Source: Isurus oxyrinchus (taxonomy: Eukaryota). Taken from it: a DNA stretch of 64,000 nucleotides. The notes under the pieces are model-generated. The model did not search any database, was not told where the DNA came from, and saw only the letters and a list, made by a program, of their open reading frames with translations. The stretch lies in contig JANJGN010000034.1 of NCBI GenBank assembly GCA_026770705.1, positions 6,882,001 to 6,946,000 on the forward strand, written 5' to 3'. A program made the position numbers and the translations under genes. Of the stretch, positions 54,281 to 64,000 are shown piece after piece (within the stretch, counting starts at the first letter, position 1; the number at the start of each line of letters is the position of its first letter).

Positions 54281-54617
54281 TGATGAAATCATATTCGTGT
54301 ATGTAATCAGGTTGTTTTCATTCTCACTGATATTTTATTGGGTTTGAGCTCCGAAAGAACAGCCAACTTTAATTGCCCACCCCGAACCGCCGTTGAAAAC
54401 GAGTTGTTAGGTTGCCTTCTAGATTCGTTTTGATCCATGTATTGTAGGTGCACACACGTTGCTTTTCCTGAGGCACGCTAACCACATTTTCGGCTGATGG
54501 CTTCATGCCAATGCAACAGTGACTTCAGGATAAAGTGACTGTAACTCATTTTGGGACATATTGGGTCCCTAAAGACGACAATGTCAAATATGTTTTTTCC
54601 TTTCTTTTTTACTCCAG

Positions 54618-54653
54618 AACTATCTACGTGCAAAAAAACCTTAAGCGATTTGG
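54618..54653 (+). CDS. 36-nt microexon ELSTCKKTLSDL
   Basis: ttttttactccag|...|gtaaga. Confidence 0.9.
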
Positions 54654-55717
54654 GTAAGAAGTTGTTCCGAATTCAAAGCTATGCACAGTTACAGGCCGCA
54701 ACAATTCCTTTAGAAATGAAATTTGCTCTGCTTCCGATTGGCACAGGGCATTTGCCTGTGATTACAAATTTGATGTGTGTATCAAACTATTAACAATGTT
54801 TCAAAAGGCACATCACTTCTGCAGTGCTATTTGCTGAAACTGTGCATCTTGTGACATTAATTTGTACACGAACTACATGTGATCACGTTGGATGTGGTAG
54901 CATATGAAGGTCTGACAATTATCGGCTAATTCATCACGCTTGCTCCATTTCAAAATGGGTCAGGCACAGCACTGGATGCTCGCATCGCATACAAGGTGAA
55001 AAAATTTCATCGGAGAGAGAGAAATAAACAAAAAAAAGGCTAATCGAAGATGAGAGCTTATTCCCGGGGTAGTTATTCTTCCATTCCCTCAGGCGAACAA
55101 AAATATTATAGAATTTCAGTGCGAATTAGTACTCACTGTACAGAAACTTAGGCTATGAATGAAACAATCTATGCCGTACTTAAGAATCTCCGGACATCCT
55201 CCTTGAATTTGTGCCATAATTCAACATCCGCTGCATCATGAAACTACATATCCCAAAGACTGATTATTATCTAAGGAATTAGGAGCAGCAAAAATCCCTG
55301 CCTCTTATTCTTGCAAATGCTAAAATAATTCCCCTTGGTGCACTTAAGCCTGGAATATTGTATTCTACCTGCGTTCCCTATTCGTTTATTTAGTGTATTG
55401 CCTTCAAAAATGTCACTTCTCTGTCGGCACCGAGATAAATAAACCATGGTCTTGGTAAATCAAAATAGCAGGAACCTTTAATCCAGGATTCATACTACAG
55501 CTCTCCTGTGCAAATGCCCCAAACTTTCTGCGTAAGCCGTTAGGATGGAAGGTCACAGCTGTATCCAAGGTATCTTGCAAAGTTAGCGGTTGAGCAAATG
55601 ATAAGCTATGTCCGATTTCACATCTAAATCCCAATAGGCGAGAGCCAAATGATGTTCAATTCCACATTGCTGGAAATAAGTTGATGCTCATGAAGTTAAT
55701 AACTTGCTCGTTTTCAG

Positions 55718-55744
55718 AGGGAAAGTTGGATGCCAAAGGCAAAG
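55718..55744 (+). CDS. 27-nt microexon EGKLDAKGK
   Basis: ctcgttttcag|...AAG|gtcggt. Confidence 0.82.
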
Positions 55745-55994
55745 GTCGGTGCACTCGGTTGTTTATTCTAATTTTCCTTGCGAGTGCTGGTGGCAACGCT
55801 CGAAATCATTGAGAACCCGTGATCGTCCTTGACATATCCGTGAGTCTGCACTCACCAAATGTTGCTTCGTTGTTTTAAAAGATTAACAATTCATGCAGCA
55901 GAACAAAGGTAGTGACGGAAATCAGGAAACATTTCTTGAATAACAAGAGCAAAGCTTAACAAAGCTAAGCAATGATTTCACTTGTTCGACGCGC

Positions 55995-56088
55995 CTCTCT
56001 CTCTACCTCTCTCTCTCTCTTGCCTCATTTCTCTCTCCCTCCCTCTCTCATTCGCTCTCCCTCTCCCTCTCTATCCCTCGCTCCCTCT
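55995..56088. repeat. (CT)-rich microsatellite
   Basis: Imperfect (ctct)n run. Confidence 0.85.
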
Positions 56089-56129
56089 GGTGGTGATCCC
56101 TTACAACTTATGCCCGTTTACATCTATGT

Positions 56130-57010
56130 AGCAGATGTGGCATGTTTGGAAATTGCCACTGAGTGATCCCAGCTAATTTCAGCAGTATACATTGTATATG
56201 ATTCATTTTGTTGCCATAGTGCGTCATTGGTAGAGGGAGAGAGAGAATGATTTAACTTGTGGCTGGGCTGCCAATAACATTGACTCGCTCACCCTAAGAA
56301 GTGTCGAGCTTCATAAGTGTTGTTGATTTTCTGCTGATTCTGCCAAATGGAGGTTATTGCATGACACAAATTATTTGAGCATTCTACATAGTAGACAGGC
56401 TTGGGGGCGTCAGGTGTTGAGTTAGTAACCCCTTATCTGTTCTGGTTGCCCGACCATTTATATGTCCGTTGCAGTAAGTTTCCACTTACTGACATCCCAG
56501 AGAAAGATAATTCTGGGGGATTCAGCCAAAGCAATGCGAGTAAATATAAAGTGACTTGGTTACATTCTCTCCTGCTGGAATAGGACTTTGTCTCGCATGC
56601 AAATATCACTTGCCACCTTTCGGCGATAGCCTGAATATTGCTCAGGACTTGTAAGGTATGGCTTCAATATAGGGGAATAGCTAATTTTACTGGACATGTG
56701 CACTCATCAGCACACTTCCACATTTCAATGAAGGAGCTGAAGCTGGATTGGCTTAGGGTGCTTACCTGAGGAGATCCTGCAGTGATGGACGTGACTCAGG
56801 TGATTGCCCTCCAACAGAAGTTAACATCTTTGTGTTAACTTTGACTCGAACCAGTGGAAACCTCCCCCCCCACTCCCACGCTTCACATTGTCTTCAATTT
56901 AGTCTGGGCCCTATTGTGCAATCCTTGCTCAAATGCTGCATTGGTGTCAAGAGCAGTCATTCTCACTCCATCCCTTGTGTCCAGATTGCAGAGAACTCTC
57001 AGAGAGCACC
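56130..57010 (-). mobile_element. CR1/L2-group LINE fragment, reverse
   Basis: Reverse-complement similarity to 39690-40430 (e.g. aagtgtcgagcttc, cacttgccacctttcggc). Confidence 0.65.
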
Positions 57011-57690
57011 CCGGAAAATACACATCCTGTTCCTTTTTATACATATTTAACCTGTACATGAACTTTCAGTCTCATTTCCCTTAGGCCACCTCTAAGAAAA
57101 TTATTTCAGGCTCCACAATTGCGCCTTTGCATGTCTATTATGGAAAAATTCATCCATGTTTTTGTGAGCTTAGCACTTGACTGTACAAGTCTTTTGCTGG
57201 CCGCTGTCCAACAACCCACCCTCCTGAATTGCAGCTGCATTGTGTCTGAATATGCACAAACCCCCACTAACACGTTAAATTGATGTTTGTTGCTTCAGTG
57301 TATGCGTAGCCCGAATGTAAGGAATCGCATACATTCTTTTGAAACCCTCCATGTGCTCGCCCCTTCATACCTCCATATTCTCCTACAGTCTTAAAAGTTC
57401 CCTAATACCTGTGTTAATTCAATTTATGTATTTTAATGATTCCATAATTTTTGCTCCTTTGCTTTTCTTGCCTTCAGCTATATAGGCCCCCAGCTATATA
57501 GTTCCCCACCACTACCATGTCCCCCTCATCCTCCGGTCCTCCACCCTAACGCTCATCTGCCCACCCTCCCCCCACCCCCGCCCAATTACTTTATTTTTTC
57601 CTGACAAAGCCTTCATTGAACTAACCTCTTAGACTGAACTTTTGGCCGGCTGCTCTAATGTTGCCTTCTGGATTAAGGATTCTGCAGTAG

Positions 57691-57716
57691 ACGATCAACT
57701 GCAAGACAGAAAAATG
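57691..57716 (+). pseudogene. Decayed 27-nt-type microexon (DDQLQDRKM-like)
   Basis: Begins ACGAT like 52732; downstream ttgaaatatctttctt matches ttgcaatatctatctt; donor reads gaaatt. Confidence 0.45.
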
Positions 57717-60355
57717 GAAATTGAAATATCTTTCTTTGAGCTGACGTGGTTATGTGGTGTTAAATCCACATCACGGTTAAATACAACCAGCATGTTGTCT
57801 ACTGCTTGGGTTGGCCTCTGACAATATCGAGGAATAGTATGGAGTTGCTCCCTGTGTAACGTAGCTTACAGTGAGGCCCAAAAGCATTGACTACTCCCGA
57901 CAAAGGGTATGGATCAAGCATCGTGCAGTCGAGATAACTTGACACCAACGACCTCAATGAACATCGGGACCAATAGTGTATCCTTATGAAAAAAATAGCA
58001 CGTCCGTATTTGGAAAGTTAGAGTTTATGAAGAGTGATTATAAGGAACGATATTGCATGAATTACTGCTCAGCATAGACATAAGACACCTGGAGCGGAAC
58101 ATGATGGCTCCGCCGATCCTGGCTCAGGGCCGTAAATTGCCGCGAGCCATTCAGAAATTTATTAATATCGGCGGGGCCTTTAAATCATGCTAGAGTATAA
58201 TTCTGTCCGTGGCAGGATGACTCGGCGATTCGTGTGTCATCCAGAAGGTCGTAAAATGACAACTAGATGCCATTTCCCTGAAGCAAACCGCAGAGAGGCA
58301 TATTTTAACCAACGTATTCTCTACATTCAAAGCTAATGATGTATTTGGGTATCTGCTAAAGTCGGTTGCCAATTTCATTATTATTAAAAGAATGAGAATG
58401 TGAAAGGCCTCAGTTTCTCCAGCAAACCACAGCCGAATACCGTTACAATCAGCTTGGATGTGCAAAAATGCCTGACTTTATAGCAACATAGGGAGCGATA
58501 TTAATGAACAGATTGTGATTATATATTTACGACTTTCCACAGGCTATCTTGGATGTTTCTCATTCAGCTTTTAAATCAAGGAACATAGTTTCAAGTTCGA
58601 AGCTGAAGGGTGAAGCATGTGATATATCCTGAGATTACTAATGCACGGCTGAGGGACGGCTACACTGTCTTTCAGTTGAGATGCTTTGCACTGGATGTAA
58701 AAGTTTCCCAGGGAGCTCTTAGGTATTAAAGAAGGCAGCCGCCATCCCCCACACCACCTGTTCTACGTACATAAAATTCCTCGGTACACAGGTCAATCGC
58801 TGTTTAACTAGTTTCTCCCTGAGTGTTATTTAAAGCAGTATTGTAGCCCCTTGCCCAAACAACAACAGTTAGACATGTTTTTAAAGTTTTATTTATTTTC
58901 TTTATTCTGTTTCCCTTTTGCCTTGTTGCCTCCCTTCCTCCCCTCATTTGTTTCCCCTTTGTTCCTTCTTTCTTTCAATAATTTGTTATGTTCCTTCAAT
59001 TGGACATGGGATTCGAGTGTTATGGGGTCGAGACAGAAAATTGGAGCTAAAACCACCATCAGATCAATCATAATCTTACTTAATCATGGAGCAGGCTCGA
59101 AGGTTTAACTGGCGTGCTCCTGTTCCTATGTCCATATGGACTTCATTTCTCACTTTATCTTTATAATTCCTCCCTCACGTTGTTCTGTTCGATATTCAAT
59201 CTTATCTTCCTTTTTTTTCCTTTCGTTTCTGCAATCCCTCTTTCTCCATCTGGCTATCTCTCCCTTCAGCATCTTGCCTTGTTCGATCTTTAGTAGGGAA
59301 GGTGAATTGGAGGTCCAGAAACCAAGGACACAGGGTCACAATGAGTTCATTTCATTTTATTCTTTTACCTGAAAAAGGTGAAGGGAATTCTATTTAAGCG
59401 TCATCAATCCAAGCCTGTTTGGTTATCCTTAAATGTATTTGTTTCCACTTAACAGTTATAAAGACCTATTGAAGAGTATAATCAATGAAAGTGGTAGTGT
59501 TTCTGTTATGTCATATCCTATATTAAACTTGACTCCGTTCATGGTGCCTTTTCCTTGATGTTTGGAAATTATTATTTCGAGTCCCAGCACACATACTTGA
59601 GCAGTAGTATGGGACGGGCACCATGGAAGAAAAGTGCTACATAAGCTATGGAAAGCGATGCAAGACAAAATAGTAAGAATGTTACTTTAAAAAACGTTTA
59701 TAACTATCGGAGGAAATGTAACATGTGTGAAGTTATTTCTCTGTAAATAGAACAGTCAGTTCGGCCGTGAAAATGCTTCAGCAACCTGACAGAGCACCCT
59801 AAACAAAGCTCACTCCAGTGCTGGGGAATTCAGAACTAGGACCAGAAAAATAACCTGATAAGGTGTAAACTTCGGGGCAATTTATTCGGAAACCTGTGTG
59901 TTCAAATAACGCACAGAATGAGGACCGTTTTGTGAAATGGCCAGAGTGAGCCGAAATCATGCGTTAATTTAATCAGAAACTGGGTATTGTTGAAAAAAGA
60001 TGTTCTTTTGTCGAAGTTTCTCGTCTATATTTTGCAAGGCAAAAAGCTTCCAAAAATTGCTTTTTTTTCAGCAAGATTCAAGGTTATGTACAGCAAACCA
60101 AACTACAATTGTATAACATAAACTAGATAAGTGCGAGAGGAAGAAAGGGAAATCCAGAAAATATTGATGCATTTTTCAAGTGGAGGTAGCTGGTGTGAAG
60201 CGTGGTCACGCAAACGGGCCAAATTGACCAAATTATCTCTTTGAACGCTGTTAGTCCTGTGAAAGTAGATATGTACTGCGGACTCAGTATACTTTACCAA
60301 ATAATCCCTGTCAGTTGAAATATGCATGTTATTTTTTCCCATCAATTTACCACAG

Positions 60356-60391
60356 AGTTGAAGAAATGCAATGAGTCCTTGAAAGATTTGG
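60356..60391 (+). CDS. 36-nt microexon ELKKCNESLKDL
   Basis: atttaccacag|...|gtgaga. Confidence 0.88.
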
Positions 60392-60729
60392 GTGAGAGAA
60401 ATGTTTCCTACATACTTATTTTTTTCAAAAGCATGCCCATTATTTGGCAGCCTAAATAACTGTGTTCTATATAATCTGTAAATTGTGAAACAAGTATTTG
60501 TTCCATAGAGATTTTTTTTCTCTTTTAAAGCAAATTCATTGTTAAACATTGGATGCTGCGTCCCTCATTTAACTGGTAAATGTAGCAAGCCTTTAAAGGA
60601 GCCGTTTTCGAAAATAATTTGCTAAAACCTACCAGTTTAGGAAAACTGTTGCCACACTTTGCTAACATTCTTTGCAGAATGGCAAATGTAAAATCCTCCA
60701 TGGACGTTTCAATTTTGAATTGTAGAAAC

Positions 60730-61230
60730 TAACATGACAAAAGGGTGTATTTCGCCCCTTCGAGCCAGCATTGAGTAATAATGAGACATTTAGCCTAAAC
60801 CCACTTTCAGGCTCTTAGCCCACAACCTTGAAGGCTAGGACACTTGAAATGTATATCCAAGTTAATTAAAACATTGAAGGCCTATTCCCCCTCATCCAGG
60901 TAGATAGTACCAACGCCCTACCATTCTCGGGTTGAAAAGGAACATGGTCACCAATCCAAATTGAACTTCGTACTTCATGCCTTAAATCTAGGCAGATGGT
61001 TACGAACATCAGATCAACGGGCGCAAAGCCTTCAAATCAACTAAACCTCGACATCTCCTACTATTATACATTAATTTAGATCTCCCCTCTACATTCTCTG
61101 CTGCAAAACAAAAAAATAAGAAAGCTCCGATTTCCAATTGAAATTTTCTTCAAAGGTATGTTAATTCTGGTCGGATAATTGCCTCGTATACCTAATCCCA
61201 ATCCTCTCCAATGCTTTGTCTGAATGTTAA
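60730..61230 (-). mobile_element. Degenerate CR1 3' end, reverse
   Basis: ttcgccccttcgagcc and tagcccacaaccttgaagg reverse-tail motifs. Confidence 0.65.
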
Positions 61231-61392
61231 ACCTGCCGAAATAAGCACTTTTAAAAAAATGTGATTTTGGTTTGAAATACCCCGATAGTTTGCGGTGGCT
61301 CAGCTGATTCTACCGCATTGAATTGAAAATTTAGCGCAAAAAAAAAATTGATTAACTCGACGCTCCTTGAAAATGTGTTTCTTCCCTAACAG

Positions 61393-61413
61393 CGGATAAG
61401 CTCAAAGCAGCAG
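61393..61413 (+). CDS. 21-nt microexon ADKLKAA
   Basis: ttcttccctaacag|...CAG|gtaaag; KLKA consensus; one heptad. Confidence 0.75.
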
Positions 61414-61924
61414 GTAAAGTAGGTGTGGGCGAAGCAGCAGCTGTTTTAAAGTATATAATAATTAATGCATGTTGATTTTCCGTTTACCAGCTGGGGGGTT
61501 TCCAATGAGCTGTCTGAAATATTCAAGTGTTAAAAAAAATCGTGGATCCCCCTCACATTTTAATTTAACAAACAATGCGCAATGATATACACCAGTTGAC
61601 ACCAGCACATAAGAAAATGGAAGATATACTAGATATACGTCCACTCACCCACTGCGCCAGAAAGACCTCAACAGAATGCATTGCCTTTCAGGGCAAATTG
61701 GGTATCCTGTTTAGTGACTATATATTACAATAGGAGTCAGAATATTTTTCAAAGCATAATCATTTCCATTAGGCGCATATTGTTTTGCTCACTTTCCCTG
61801 CTCATCATCATCCTGCTGCTCCAGCTCCTCCTAGTCTTCCCGTCCTCCTCCATGCTTATGTTTGCTTTCTCAACTAATTCTTCTTCCCTTCACCTTCTAT
61901 TCATTGTTTCCCAAACAAACATTT

Positions 61925-62530
61925 AACATATGAATTAAGAGCAGGTGCAGGCCACCCAGCCCTTCGAGTCTGCTCCGCCATTCAAAAACAATATGTCAGA
62001 ACTGATTTAAATTTCAACTCCACATTCCTGCCTTCCTCCGATAACATTTCAACATCAACACCCACCCCCCCACTCCCACCCCCGCCCCGCACGCATTTGC
62101 TTATCTTTCTACATTATTAAAGCATTCAACAATTCTGCATGTACTGCCCTTTGAAGCAGAGAGTTCCAAAGACTCACTACATTCTGAGCGAAGAGGACTC
62201 CTCATCTCTGTCATTAATGGGCGACCCCTTAACTTTAAAAAGTAGTCCCTAATTATGGATTTTCACACAAGAGAAAGCACCCTTTTTCGCATCCACACTG
62301 TTCGGCCCCCTTTGGATCTTATATGTTTCAGACAAGTCAACTCTTAGTCATTTAAACTCCAGCGGATACAAGCCTGGCCTGTCAAATCATTCCTTATAAG
62401 ACAACCAGCCTATTCCAGGTATTCTTCTAGCAAACCTTCCCTGAACTGCTTCCAACACATTTCAATCATTCCTTAAATCAGGAGAACAATAGTGAACACA
62501 GTACTCCAGAAGTGCCCTCAACAATGCCTC
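61925..62530 (-). mobile_element. CR1-type LINE 3' fragment, reverse
   Basis: aattaagagcaggtgcaggcc..cccttcgagtctgctccgccattc tail; gaacacagtactccaga. Confidence 0.85.
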
Positions 62531-62749
62531 AATATTTATTAATTAATACCACAATCTATCATGTGGTTACTGTTATCTGGCCTGTACGCCACTCTCACAC
62601 TTCATGCCTCCCTCATTCTTCAATGCACAGAAACCGCTATTATATCCTCATGTCCTGAAGTTTTGTCATCACTTTCTATTGCGTGGATATCATCTTCAAA
62701 TAAGATACGCAATGTTTCCACGCTTCCCTAATTTTCTGTCATTCCTAAA

Positions 62750-64000
62750 TATCACATGGCATTCTTTCATCAGGTAGCAATCTATATAACCCTACAGGAA
62801 TGTATCTGGAATGACAGTTGGGTCGTGCTTTTTTATATCAATTTGGATTATCAATTCATCTGTTTTGTTTCAAAAGCTACTTGTTCTGAGCTACAGGGCC
62901 TTAAATTTTGTTATGTTTGTAACCTCTAACTTTATCTGCTGCTTTGCTTTAGATTTCTATTCAGTTACCCTTCCTGTTGTGGTCTGTGTATCGTGCAGCA
63001 CATTAATACCTTTTCTCTTGCCTTGTATCCATTCATTGATTTACCACATCTTCCAAAATTTGATCCCCTTCCCCTATTATTTTTAAAAAATTCTTCCTAC
63101 TTCCCTCGTTATGTGCTTCACAAGAACACTGGTCCAAGCATGCTTCAGTTAGATACAGTCCCAGCGTTACTGCCCCCAATTTCCCCACTAGTGGGGTGAG
63201 TGCTTGAAGGACTTGGACACATTTCTCGAACGCTAGTCTTCAAACCAAGTATTCATCTCTCTAATCTGATTTGCGCTCTGCCAGTTTGTACATGGCTGAG
63301 GTAATGAGCCAGGGATTACTATCATTGAATTGCCACCACCTTCATCCTACTAACTGTGCAAAACCTTCTCTCCTGTCCTAACAATGTCAGTTCTCCATAC
63401 ATAGATCACGGCCATTGTATCCTCATTCGCGCACTGCAAGTTAGTGTATAGCTCTAAGAAAGTGTCCTGAAATCTGGCAGTGCACAGGCATCACTCGTTA
63501 ATGCTTCAGAGATCAGTGCCAACTCCCCTCACTATACTGCCCCCTGCTGCAAGTCATTCCCGTTTGCTCTACCACCTTAAGCGACTTCCTGTACCAGTGA
63601 GCAATGACCAGGTTAACTTTCATCTACGAAGCTGGGCACGCCTCAAAACTGTTAGACAATTGCAAAGTAGGAGCCTTATCTGCTTTCTGCGCGATCATTT
63701 AACCTGCCGCACTCACTGTCACATCTTATGGTCCCTCACTGATGACTGAATAAAACAATTGCATTCTAAGAGGTGTAACCATTTTCTGAACCAAAATGTC
63801 CAGGCTGTTCCCGCTCTTCCTTATGATGTGCAGTGTCTACAGTTTGGAATCCAAAACAACAATACTAATTCGGAATCCCTGTAGCTGCTTACACTTTCTG
63901 CAGGTGTGTTTGCCATAGGTCGGCTTGGCGTCCAGAAGCTCCCAAATTCCACAACTAATGCAAACATCTTTCTTGCAATTGTTACTTATTGTATCTATTT
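62750..64000 (-). mobile_element. Probable CR1 5'/ORF1 region, reverse, degenerate
   Basis: tcagtgccaactcccctcactatac and gaaatctggcag resemble reverse-strand CR1 ORF1 (esterase-like) sequence. Confidence 0.55.

Noticed and set aside
1-64000. CRISPR arrays, operons, rRNA/tRNA genes
   Set aside because: None seen; the sequence is vertebrate-like and the recurring 27/36-nt units are spaced by kilobases and bounded by splice sites.

Overview
Eukaryotic, AT-rich and mostly intronic DNA, most likely from a cartilaginous fish (inferred from abundant decayed CR1-type LINEs, Deu-domain SINE relics, Penelope-type ends and Harbinger elements). The ORF track misses the main gene. Read by eye, the + strand carries an array of about 25-30 symmetric phase-1 microexons spread over ~60 kb. 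They mostly alternate between a 36-nt type (consensus ELxxCxxxLxDL) and a 27-nt type (ExKLKxKEx). Each pair gives 21 aa = three heptads, i.e. a long coiled coil with a core cysteine every 21 residues. The pairs arose by tandem duplication together with their introns and an old SINE; several copies have dead splice donors. One intron holds a near-complete decayed Harbinger transposon (5908-11086) with an intronless SRP9-like sequence inserted antisense in its Myb/SANT gene. All exon calls are manual and lack transcript support; repeat boundaries are approximate.
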